57,633 nucleotides of DNA from an uncultured Bifidobacterium sp. (GTDB taxonomy: Bacteria; Actinomycetota; Thermoleophilia; Miltoncostaeales; Miltoncostaeaceae): assembly GCA_964514615.1 (NCBI GenBank), contig CAZEUE010000001.1:1-57633 (forward strand), in the 5' to 3' direction. Shown here one piece after another: positions 9,203 to 20,422 of this stretch (within the stretch, counting starts at the first letter, position 1; each line of letters starts with the position of its first letter). Below the pieces are notes generated by a model that saw only the letters and a list, made by a program, of their open reading frames with translations, had not been told where the DNA came from and did no database searches. The position numbers and the translations under genes are program-made.

Positions 9203-10888
9203 GTGATCCGCGAGATCGAGATCCGCGATCTCGTGGTGATCGAGCGGGCGCACATCGAGCCCGGGGCGGGCCTGACGGCCATCACGGGCGAGACCGGGGC
9301 CGGGAAGACCGTGGTGGCACAGGCCCTGGCGCTGCTGGCCGGAGGGCAGGCCGACCCGGGCGCGGTGCGGCCGGGCGCCCGGCATGCGCTGGTGCAGGCA
9401 ACGGTGGCGGTGCCGGACGGCTTCTGGGAGTCGCTGGATGCGGACGACCCGGCCCTGCAGGTGCGCGACATGGCGGAGGACCCGGCAGAGGTGGTGGTGG
9501 CCCGCCGCGTGCCGGCGGAGGGGCGCGCGCGGGCGCTGGTGGATGGACAGGTCGCGTCGCGTGACGGCGTGGCGGCGTTCGTGGGGGCCCTGGTGCGCTT
9601 CTCGGGCCAGCACGAGCAGCGGCGCCTGGTGGGCCCCGCGGCGCAGATGGCGATCCTCGATGCCTTCGCCGGCCAGCCGGCTGTCGCCCTGGCGGCCCGC
9701 CTGCGGGTGATGCGGCGCGAGTTGGCGGCGCTCGACCGGCAGGCCGCGCAGGCGGCGGACCGGCGTGAGCGCGCCGCGCGCGAGCGCCTGGCGCTCGAGG
9801 CCCTGGTGGCCGAGGTGGACGAGGTGGGGCCCGACTCCGCCGAGGAGGATGCCCTGCGCGCCGAGCGCGGCCGCCTGGTGCACGCGGGCAGGCTCGTGGA
9901 GGCCGCGGCGTCGGCCATCGCGCTGCTCGACGGCGATGAGGGCGGTGCGATCACCGCGGCGGGGCAGGCCATGCGCGCGGTGGAGCAGGCGGCGGAGCTC
10001 GACCCCGGGCTGCACGAGGTGCTGGCGGACCTCGCGGCCGGGGAGGCCGCGCTGCAGGAGGCGCTGATCGGGTTGCGCCGGTACGCGGACGACCTCGATG
10101 CCGAGCCGGGTCGCCTGGAGTGGGTGGAGGCGCGGCTCGGCGCCTATGACGCCCTGTCGCGGCGGTACGGACCCGGGACGGATGTGGTGTGCGAGCGCGC
10201 GCGTGAGGCCCGCGCGGCGCTCGAGGCGCTGGCCGAGGGGGACGCAGGGGACGACGCCCTCGCGCGCCGTCGTGCCGACATGGTTGCCGAGGCACGCGAC
10301 GTCGCTGAGCGGCTGCATGCCATGCGCGGCGAGGCCGGGCCGTTGCTGGCGGGGCGGGTGGAGGCCGAGCTGCAGGACCTGGCGATGTCGGGGGCCAGCC
10401 TGCGCGTGGAGATCGCGCGCGATGACGCGGAGGTGCCGCACGACTCCGTGGCCCTCGTGATGCGCGCCAACCCCGGGCTGCCCGAGGCCCCCCTGGCGGG
10501 CGCGGCCTCCGGCGGCGAGTTGTCGCGGGTGCTCCTGGCGCTGCACTCGGTGGCGGCGGCGGCCGAGCCCGGCGTCGCATGGGTGTTCGACGAGGTCGAC
10601 GCGGGGATCGGCGGCGTGACGGCATCGGTGGTGGGGCGGCGCCTTGCCGACCTGGCCCTGGGTCGCCAGGTGGTGGTGATCACCCATCTCCCGCAGGTGG
10701 CCGCGGCCGCCGATCGGCACTACCGGCTGGTCAAGGGCACTGCCGACGACGGCCGGGCCATCACCACCATCGAGGCGGTGGAGGGCGACGCCCTGGTGGA
10801 CGAGATCTGCCGGATGCTGGGCGCGGCACCCGGCGACGGCGCCGCCCGCACCCATGCCGAGGAGTTGCTGGCCCGGCGCGCCGGGTGA
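9203..10888 (+). CDS. recN: DNA repair protein RecN
   Basis: GTG 9203. The N-terminus is IREIEIRDLVVIE...ITGETGAGKT, followed by a long coiled-coil middle and a C-terminal SGGELSRVLLAL...FDEVDAGIGG. Confidence 0.92.
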   Translation: MIREIEIRDLVVIERAHIEPGAGLTAITGETGAGKTVVAQALALLAGGQADPGAVRPGARHALVQATVAVPDGFWESLDADDPALQVRDMAEDPAEVVVARRVPAEGRARALVDGQVASRDGVAAFVGALVRFSGQHEQRRLVGPAAQMAILDAFAGQPAVALAARLRVMRRELAALDRQAAQAADRRERAARERLALEALVAEVDEVGPDSAEEDALRAERGRLVHAGRLVEAAASAIALLDGDEGGAITAAGQAMRAVEQAAELDPGLHEVLADLAAGEAALQEALIGLRRYADDLDAEPGRLEWVEARLGAYDALSRRYGPGTDVVCERAREARAALEALAEGDAGDDALARRRADMVAEARDVAERLHAMRGEAGPLLAGRVEAELQDLAMSGASLRVEIARDDAEVPHDSVALVMRANPGLPEAPLAGAASGGELSRVLLALHSVAAAAEPGVAWVFDEVDAGIGGVTASVVGRRLADLALGRQVVVITHLPQVAAAADRHYRLVKGTADDGRAITTIEAVEGDALVDEICRMLGAAPGDGAARTHAEELLARRAG

Positions 10889-13724
<2,836 letters not shown>

Positions 13725-13728
<4 letters not shown>

Positions 13729-14309
13729 GCCATCCGCTGGACGGCGGGCGGCCCATCACGGGACTCGAGGTCACGTCGCGCGAGCCCATCTACGCGGGCG
13801 ACGTGGTGGACCTCTCGGTAGTGCACTACCGCCGCCCGGCCGGGCTGGTGGTGCGCAGGGAGGTCATCGCGCACCCCGGGGCGGTCGTGATGGTGCCGGT
13901 CGAGGGCGATCAGGTGCTGATGGTCCGCCAGCCGCGCGAGGCGGTGGGGGAGTACCTGCTCGAGCTGCCGGCGGGCAAGCTCGACGTGCCGGGCGAGCCA
14001 CCCCTCGACTGCGCGCGCCGCGAGCTGGCCGAGGAGGTCGGGCGCGCGGCGGGTGCGTGGCGCGACCTCGGTGGCTTCTACACCGCGCCGGCGATCCTCG
14101 AGGAGTACATCCACTGCTTCCTGGCCACGGATCTGTCGCCGGTGGCGCACGAGCCCATCCCCGAGGAGGAGATCGAGGTGGTGCCGGTTCCGCTGGCCCA
14201 GCTTGACGAGGTGATCGCCCGGGTCCACGACGCCAAGTCGCTCATCGGCCTGCTGCGCCTGCGGGCGATGCGGGGCGGAACCGGGGGTGACGCCGCCGGT
14301 CTCGGCTGA
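13725..14309 (+). CDS. NUDIX hydrolase (ADP-ribose pyrophosphatase-like)
   Basis: The GTG start overlaps the upstream stop. The Nudix box is LPAGKLDVPGEPPLDCARRELAEEVG. Confidence 0.85.
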
Positions 14310-14354
14310 TGTCACCGATGTTCACCTCCCTGGCCCCCCACCGGAGCCCCGAGC

Positions 14355-15332
14355 ATGAGACGCCGTTCCATCATCCTGGCGGCAGCCATCCCCATTGCGG
14401 TCGCAGGCGCCGCTTCGGCAGCGACGACATCGCCCACCACGAAGTGCCACCTGCTGGGCGTCACCACGCCGGTCAGGGGCATCACCGTGTCGGGCTTCGA
14501 CAGGCAGGCGGTGTGCTTCGCGGTCACCAGCGACGTGGCCGTGCAGGCCCAGTTCAGCCCGGGACGCACGGCGTGCCTGTCGCTCCCGTTCTGCTCACCG
14601 GGCCATGGCGTGTCACCCATCGCGTTCACCGGCACCCAGGACGCCGTGAACGCCGCGCTCATGACGGTGAAGGTGACCACCGGCCTGGCAGGCACCTCCG
14701 GCTTCACCGGCAGGACCACGGCGTTCCAGAAGCAGTGGAACGACCTGCCGTTCTCGGACGGCGCCGGCGCGAACGACTTCGTGAGCAGCAACCGCACGGT
14801 TGCGGTGCCTGCGGCCCAGTCCACCTTCCTCGACAGCCTCTTCACCCTCGTGGGCTTCACGATCGTCGTCAAGCCGACGAAGGCGGCCCCGAGCCAGCTG
14901 TGCCCCGGCGATCCCAGGAAGAGCCGGTTCAGCGACACGCTGGTCATGGGCGAGCCCGATCGGTACTCGTTCTCCTTCACCGAGGCCAATGGCAAGCGGA
15001 TCCCGATGGAATGCGGCTCCAGGATGCAGAACCGGCTCATCACCCAGACCATCTCCGCCCCGGTCATCCAGTCCCCCAAGGCGCATGACCGCCTGGTCAT
15101 CACGGCGTACATCCCGAGTTCGTCGGTGGGTAGGACCGCCGACTACCCGTTGCTGAAGGTCATCCTGCGGTTCCCGGACGGCACCCTGGAGCGCCAGGAC
15201 CAGCCGAACCCGCCGCTGCCGGGCACGCCACTGCGCGAGCCCGCAGCACCCGTCGCGGTTGCGGGGACAGTCCCAGCGCCGGGACTGTCCCTCGCCCGGG
15301 ACTGTCCCTCGCCCGGGACCGTCTCCCTCTAG
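14355..15332 (+). CDS. Secreted cysteine-containing hypothetical protein
   Basis: It has a signal peptide (MRRRSIILAAAIPIAVAGAASA). I recognise no domain. The GC at third codon positions is visibly lower than in its neighbours. Confidence 0.6.
   Translation: MRRRSIILAAAIPIAVAGAASAATTSPTTKCHLLGVTTPVRGITVSGFDRQAVCFAVTSDVAVQAQFSPGRTACLSLPFCSPGHGVSPIAFTGTQDAVNAALMTVKVTTGLAGTSGFTGRTTAFQKQWNDLPFSDGAGANDFVSSNRTVAVPAAQSTFLDSLFTLVGFTIVVKPTKAAPSQLCPGDPRKSRFSDTLVMGEPDRYSFSFTEANGKRIPMECGSRMQNRLITQTISAPVIQSPKAHDRLVITAYIPSSSVGRTADYPLLKVILRFPDGTLERQDQPNPPLPGTPLREPAAPVAVAGTVPAPGLSLARDCPSPGTVSL
15264..15329. repeat. Inverted repeat plus 17-nt tandem repeat at a convergent gene junction (possible bidirectional terminator)
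   Basis: GGGACAGTCCC (15264-15274) and GGGACTGTCCC (15281-15291) form a perfect 11-bp stem with a 6-nt loop. The unit GGGACTGTCCCTCGCCC occurs at 15281-15297 and 15298-15314, with a degenerate third copy up to about 15329. Confidence 0.75.
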
Positions 15333-15955
15333 CGGACCGTGCTCAGGGTGATGCCGTCGCCCACCGGGACGATGGCGGTCACCAAGGCGGGGTCGGACAC
15401 CGCCTGCTCGGCGAAGGCGCGCATGGCCGCCACCTGGTCGGCGTCGCCGCTCGCGCCGAAGATGTTGTCGGCCACGACGATGCCGCCCGGGCGCACCAGC
15501 CGGGTGCACTCGCGCAGGTAGGCGGGGTACGACGGCTTGTCGGCGTCGATGTAGGCCAGGTCGTAGCCGGGGCCGAGGGCCGGGAGGGTGTCGAGCGCCG
15601 GGCCCACGTGGATCGTGACCTGGTCGTGGAATCCCGCGGCGCGCAGGTTGCCGGCGGCGGCGTCGGCGCGGTCGGGGTCGGCCTCGAGGCAGTCGATGTG
15701 GCCACTGGGCGCGAGGGCGGTGGCCATCCACAGCGCCGACGTGCCCACGAAGGTCCCGATCTCGAGCACCCGGTGGCCGCCGGTCGCCCGCACGAGCGCC
15801 TGCAACAGGGCGCCGAGGTCCGGGTGGGTCATCATGTTCTCCCACTCATCACCGGCCATGCGACCCTGCAGTTCGGCAACCGCGGCGGGGATGTCCGCTG
15901 CGGCGTCGAGCCACGCGACGATGTCGGGGGTGAGTCGCGTGCGCTCCACGCTCAT
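15329..15955 (-). CDS. Class I SAM-dependent O-methyltransferase (caffeoyl-CoA OMT-like, family 3)
   Basis: ATG 15955 overlaps the stop of the upstream permease (ATGA). Motifs are VLEIGTFVGTSALWMA, YDLAYIDADK and LVRPGGIVVADN. Confidence 0.85.
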   Translation of the reverse strand: MSVERTRLTPDIVAWLDAAADIPAAVAELQGRMAGDEWENMMTHPDLGALLQALVRATGGHRVLEIGTFVGTSALWMATALAPSGHIDCLEADPDRADAAAGNLRAAGFHDQVTIHVGPALDTLPALGPGYDLAYIDADKPSYPAYLRECTRLVRPGGIVVADNIFGASGDADQVAAMRAFAEQAVSDPALVTAIVPVGDGITLSTVR

Positions 15956-16719
15956 CGGTTCTCCAGGTGTCGAAGGGGTGCCAGCGCGAACGCCCCGACC
16001 ACGACGATCAGCCCCGCCGCCGCCAGCAGCCCGGGCCACGTGGCCGACCAGGTGACCGTGCCCGTGAGCTCGGCGCTTCGCGTGGCGTCGAGGATGTACG
16101 TGACGGGGTTGTACCGCGCAACCGCCCCGAGCCACCCGGTGAGCGCGTTCAGCGGCACGTAGGCCACCGACAGGAAGACCGACAGGAAGACGACCAGCTG
16201 CATGATGGGAGCGGCCTGCACGGTGCGCGCGCGAAGCGCCACCCCGATGGCCCAGAACGACGTGGCCGCCGCGAACATCAGCGCGAACGCGACGATGAGC
16301 AGGGTGGATGCGGCGCCGGGCAGCATGACGCCGCCGATCATCCCCGCGGCGAACACCACCACGGTGGTGAGCACGCTGCGTGCCTGGGCGGCCAGCATGG
16401 GGCCGAGGACAAGCGCCAGTCGCGGGGCCGGGCTCGCCTGCAGCCGGTCGAAGAAGCCCCCCTCGAGGTCGCGCGCGAGGGTCATGCCGGAGTTGATGCC
16501 CGCGAACCCCGCGCCCATGGTGATGGCCATCGGGATGGTGAACGCCAGGTAGGACTGCCCCGCGAACTGCGGCAGGGCCCCGATGCCGTGGAACGCCCCG
16601 GCCGTGGCGATGAGGATGAACAGGGGCATCACCAGCGAGGGGATGAACACCGACGGCACGCGCCGCACCAGCAGCAGGTTGCGCCCCGCAAGCCCCAGGC
16701 TTACCGACAGCACCCTCAC
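15952..16719 (-). CDS. ABC-2 type transporter permease
   Basis: The 255-aa product has six predicted hydrophobic helices and ABC-2 exporter-like organisation, downstream of a second permease and the ATPase. Confidence 0.8.
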   Translation of the reverse strand: MRVLSVSLGLAGRNLLLVRRVPSVFIPSLVMPLFILIATAGAFHGIGALPQFAGQSYLAFTIPMAITMGAGFAGINSGMTLARDLEGGFFDRLQASPAPRLALVLGPMLAAQARSVLTTVVVFAAGMIGGVMLPGAASTLLIVAFALMFAAATSFWAIGVALRARTVQAAPIMQLVVFLSVFLSVAYVPLNALTGWLGAVARYNPVTYILDATRSAELTGTVTWSATWPGLLAAAGLIVVVGAFALAPLRHLENR

Positions 16720-16729
16720 GCGGCCACCC

Positions 16730-17521
16730 TCACGCAGCCACCCGCAGGCGCCGCCTCAGCGCCAGCGCCGACATCCCGATGGTGATGGCCGCGAGGCCGG
16801 CGGCGATCCCGATGCCCGCCAGCGCCGTTCCCGGCGTGGCGCCGCCGATCACCTCGAGCCGCATGGCCTCCACCAGGTAGCTGATGGGATTGGCCCGGGC
16901 CACTGCCGCATACCAGCCGGTCATGGTCTCGATGGGGAAGAACGCCGACGAGAAGAACAGCAGGGCGAAGAACAGCGGGAACATGCCCTGCACGGCTTCG
17001 CCGGACCCGGTCCGGAGCGCCAGGTACACGCCGAGCCCGCCCACCGCCGCCGCGAAGAGCGCGGCGATGACCAGCACGATCAGGAAGCCCGCGAACCCCG
17101 CCTGCACCCGGGCGCCGAAGATCCAGGCGATGCCGATGAAGAGCACGGCCTGGAACACGCCCAGCGCCACGGACGCGCCGAGCCTGCCCGTCAGGATGGC
17201 CACGCGCGAGATGGGGGAGGCCACCAGGCGGTCGAAGAAGCCGCCCTCGATGTCGGTGGCGAATGCCGCCCCGGCGGTGGTTCCGCCGATCAGCACCCCC
17301 TGGATGACGGCCCCGCACACGGCGAAGTCGAGGAACCCCCGCACCGGCGGGAAGCCCGGCACCAGGCCCGGGGCGCCACCGAACGACGCCGTGAAGATGG
17401 CCATGAGCACCAAGGGGAAGAACAGCGCAGGAAACCACGCCTGCGGAAGCCGGATGGTGGTGATGATGGAGCGCCACGCCAGCGCGGCGGTCTGCCGCAC
17501 CGCGGGGGCGGCGGCGCTCAT
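16730..17521 (-). CDS. ABC-2 type transporter permease
   Basis: The 263-aa polytopic membrane protein is a paralogue-like partner of 15952..16719. Its start overlaps the ATPase stop (ATGA). Confidence 0.8.
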   Translation of the reverse strand: MSAAAPAVRQTAALAWRSIITTIRLPQAWFPALFFPLVLMAIFTASFGGAPGLVPGFPPVRGFLDFAVCGAVIQGVLIGGTTAGAAFATDIEGGFFDRLVASPISRVAILTGRLGASVALGVFQAVLFIGIAWIFGARVQAGFAGFLIVLVIAALFAAAVGGLGVYLALRTGSGEAVQGMFPLFFALLFFSSAFFPIETMTGWYAAVARANPISYLVEAMRLEVIGGATPGTALAGIGIAAGLAAITIGMSALALRRRLRVAA

Positions 17522-18498
17522 GCCGGTGCCCCCTCCTGCTCGGCACCCTCCAGGTGACGGCCGGTGCAGCGCAGGAACACGTCGTCGAGTGTGGGCTCGG
17601 CCAGGTCGATCGACTGGAACCGCACGCCGGCGTCATCGAGCGCACGCACGGCGTCGGCCATCGCGGAAGACCCGCCCGGCAGGCGCACCCCCGCGCCCCC
17701 GGCGGCCGATCCCGGCACGATCGCGCCGAACCGCCCCAGGACGGCGGCCACGGCCTCGGGCTCCACGCCGTCGGCGGCGATGACCGTGAGCAGGGGCTCG
17801 CCGATCTCGGCCTTGAGGGCGGCCGGCGAGCCGTCCGCGACGATGCGCCCGCCATCGATGATCGCCACGCGGTCGGCCAGTTGATCGGCCTCCTCGAGGT
17901 ACTGGGTGGTCAGGAAGATCGTGGTGCCATGCTCGGCGTTGAGGCGACGGACCTCCTCCCACAGGGCCACCCGCGAGCTGGGGTCGAGGCCGGTGGTGGG
18001 CTCGTCGAGGAACAGCACCACGGGCTCGTGCACGAGCGACAGCGCCAGGTCGAGCCGGCGCCGCATGCCCCCGGAGTACGTGCCCACGCGCCGGTCTGCG
18101 GCATCCTCCAGGCCCACGCGGCCCAGGAGGTCGTCGGCCCGCTCCCTGCAGGCGGCCCGCGAGAGCCCGTGCAGGACGCCCTGCAGGCGCAGCAACTCGC
18201 GGCCGGTCATGTAGGGATCGATCGCGGCGTCCTGCAGCGCCACGCCGATGCGGCGCCGGACGGCGTCGGGGTCGGTCATCACGTCGTGGCCGGCCACGCG
18301 CGCCGTGCCCGACGTCGGGCGGAGCAGCGTGGTGAGCATGCGCACGGTGGTGCTCTTGCCCGCGCCGTTCGGCCCCAGGAACCCGAAGATCCCGCCCGAG
18401 TCCACGCGCAGGGTCACGCCGTCCACCGCGCGGATCCCGCCCTTGTACTCGCGCACCAGGTCGCGGGTCTCCACTGCCGGTTCGCTCACTGCGACCAC
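17518..18498 (-). CDS. ABC transporter ATP-binding protein (DrrA-like exporter ATPase)
   Basis: It has Walker A GPNGAGKSTT, signature YSGGMRRRLDLA and Walker B VLFLDEPTTGLD. Confidence 0.92.
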   Translation of the reverse strand: MVAVSEPAVETRDLVREYKGGIRAVDGVTLRVDSGGIFGFLGPNGAGKSTTVRMLTTLLRPTSGTARVAGHDVMTDPDAVRRRIGVALQDAAIDPYMTGRELLRLQGVLHGLSRAACRERADDLLGRVGLEDAADRRVGTYSGGMRRRLDLALSLVHEPVVLFLDEPTTGLDPSSRVALWEEVRRLNAEHGTTIFLTTQYLEEADQLADRVAIIDGGRIVADGSPAALKAEIGEPLLTVIAADGVEPEAVAAVLGRFGAIVPGSAAGGAGVRLPGGSSAMADAVRALDDAGVRFQSIDLAEPTLDDVFLRCTGRHLEGAEQEGAPA

Positions 18499-18541
18499 CC
18501 TACAACCATCGGCCCGGCGGGGTGGTCCGGGGGGTCGTCGC

Positions 18542-18547
18542 TAGAGT
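18542..18547 (+). promoter_or_regulatory. Candidate -10 hexamer for a leaderless DksA/TraR-like transcript
   Basis: TAGAGT (a TANNNT match) ends 7 nt before ATG 18555, and no SD lies between them. Confidence 0.3.
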
Positions 18548-18554
18548 CACGGGC

Positions 18555-18908
18555 ATGGCGAAGGGTGAGGATCAGGCGGCGCGTCTGGCCAGGCTGGCCC
18601 GCGAGGCCCACGAGCGCGCTGAGGCGCACGACCTCGCGGCGGACGGCGGCGAGGCCAGCGACGCCCACCACCATCCGGCGGAAGCCGCCACCGATGCCGA
18701 GGCCCGCGAGCGCGAGCTGCGCGCGCACCTGCGTTTGCTCGAGGAGGAGGAGCGCCTGCTCCGGCTCGCCGAGGCCGCGCAGCGCGGTGAGTACGGCATC
18801 TGCATCGACTGCGGGCACCGCATTCCGGATGCCCGCCTGCAGATCGTGCCCGACGCCGAGCGGTGCGTCGCCTGCCAGGAGGCCGCCTCGGGTGGCCGCC
18901 GCCGCTAG
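18555..18908 (+). CDS. TraR/DksA family C4 zinc-finger protein
   Basis: The C-terminal CIDCGHRIPDARLQIVPDAERCVAC four-cysteine finger is preceded by a helical acidic region. The alternative upstream start is 18522. Confidence 0.8.
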   Translation: MAKGEDQAARLARLAREAHERAEAHDLAADGGEASDAHHHPAEAATDAEARERELRAHLRLLEEEERLLRLAEAAQRGEYGICIDCGHRIPDARLQIVPDAERCVACQEAASGGRRR

Positions 18909-19810
18909 CCCGCCGGCGCGTCCGCGGTGATGGGCCGCGCCAGTCGCCACAGCGCCGCCACGCCCGCCGCCCACACCAGGCCCGCCACCGCCACGTGGAA
19001 CACCACCACCTGCCAGGGCAGTTGGTTGCGCCACTGGACCTCGCCGATGATCACCTGCACCACGAACAGCGGGACGAACAGCAGGGCGGGCACCATGAAG
19101 CCCCGGTCCGCCCGCCGCGCGCGGGCGACGATGGCGATGATGATGCCCACCACGCCCAGCAGGATCACCGCGCGCACGTGCCAGTACGCCGCGGTGTCGA
19201 GGGTGCCGAAGCGGTGGTTCACGTCGGGGTCGCCCGAATGCGGACCCGCGGCCGTCACGAGTACCCCGCTCACCAGCGTGGTCGACAGCGCCACGCCGCC
19301 GAGGGCCGCCAGCCATGCGTACCCCGCCGACACGGCGCGCCGCAGGCCGCGCCGGAGGTCGTCGATGCCCAGGAAGGCGATCACGCCCGCGCCCAGCGCC
19401 ACGAGCGAGAGCACGAAGTGCGCGCCCACCAGGAGCGGGTGCAGCTCGAACACCACGGTCACGGCGCCGAGCGGCACCTGCGCCACGGTGGCGATGGCGG
19501 CGATGATGGCGGCGATCCGCGTGCCCGGGGTCGTCAGGCGCGAGGCCGTCACCACGATGGCCGAGAGCACGGCCGTGGCCATCACCACGCCCGACAGCAG
19601 CCGGTTGCCGTACTCGATCCACGCGTTCACGTCCATCGCGGGGATGACGCTGGTGTTCTCGCACAGGGGCCAGTCGGTGCATCCCAGCCCGGAGTCGGTC
19701 AGCCGCACGAACCCGCCACTGGGGATGATGATCCAGAGCAGCGCCATGGCCGCTCCGGTGAGCCACCACAGGCCCCGGGGGGACGTGAGCGCGGCCCATG
19801 CCCTCCTCAT
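18905..19810 (-). CDS. ctaA: Heme A synthase (COX15/CtaA family)
   Basis: ATG 19810. The product is polytopic with GLGCTDWPLC near the N-terminus, conserved His in the helices and a WHVRAV-type motif. The ORF-track N-terminal extension is discarded. Confidence 0.85.
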   Translation of the reverse strand: MRRAWAALTSPRGLWWLTGAAMALLWIIIPSGGFVRLTDSGLGCTDWPLCENTSVIPAMDVNAWIEYGNRLLSGVVMATAVLSAIVVTASRLTTPGTRIAAIIAAIATVAQVPLGAVTVVFELHPLLVGAHFVLSLVALGAGVIAFLGIDDLRRGLRRAVSAGYAWLAALGGVALSTTLVSGVLVTAAGPHSGDPDVNHRFGTLDTAAYWHVRAVILLGVVGIIIAIVARARRADRGFMVPALLFVPLFVVQVIIGEVQWRNQLPWQVVVFHVAVAGLVWAAGVAALWRLARPITADAPAG

Positions 19811-19855
19811 GCGACCGGTGGCGGGCGCGCTGCCGGGATCGGTGCTCACGTGGCG

Positions 19856-20422
19856 ATGGTAGACCCGCCCGGCCCCGCGGCGGAGGGGACGACCGTCCAT
19901 GGCGACGACGACGAATCGCCTCCGCGCGGGCTGGGTGCGGGCCTGGGCGTGACGGTGCTGGCCATCGGCCTGGCGGTGGCGTTCGGGGCCGGGCTCGAGT
20001 CGCCGGTGGAGACGGCGGTGCACGTGGTCACCGCGCAGTCGCAGCCGCCGCAGGCCGGGGCACCGCCCACCACGGCGGGGGGCCGGCCACTCGCGGGCGC
20101 GTTCGGCGTGCCGTTCCCCGACCTCGCGCCGCGGCTGGGGTGGAGGCCCGTCGCCCGGCGGATGGACGTGGTGGACGGGCGACGGGTGAGCACCCTGCAG
20201 TACGGCCGGCAGGGGCGGCGCCTGTCCTATTCGATCGTGGACGGCCCGCCGCTGCCGCCCCCGCCCGGGGCGGTGCGCGTGCCCCTGCGCGGTGCGACGG
20301 CGGTGCAGTTCGAGTCGGGCGGCCGCGTGGCGGTCATGCGCGCCCGCGGCGGTCACTCGGTGGTGGTGTCGGCCGCAGGGGTGCCGCGGGTGGCGTTGGT
20401 GCGGGCGGCGCGGGCGCGGTGA
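19856..20422 (+). CDS. Hypothetical single-pass membrane protein
   Basis: ATG 19856 (or GTG 19850). It has one TM helix (LGVTVLAIGLAVAFGAGL) and an about 130-aa extracytoplasmic domain. Its stop overlaps the mntH start (GTGA). Confidence 0.5.
   Translation: MVDPPGPAAEGTTVHGDDDESPPRGLGAGLGVTVLAIGLAVAFGAGLESPVETAVHVVTAQSQPPQAGAPPTTAGGRPLAGAFGVPFPDLAPRLGWRPVARRMDVVDGRRVSTLQYGRQGRRLSYSIVDGPPLPPPPGAVRVPLRGATAVQFESGGRVAVMRARGGHSVVVSAAGVPRVALVRAARAR

Noticed and set aside
5479-9972. 1497-aa ORF on the minus strand spanning dxs, tlyA, nadK and part of recN
   Set aside because: It runs antisense to four genes with unmistakable motifs. Its product is an R/A/G/P/H-rich low-complexity string with no domain signature. 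This is the typical stop-codon-poor antisense frame of very GC-rich DNA.
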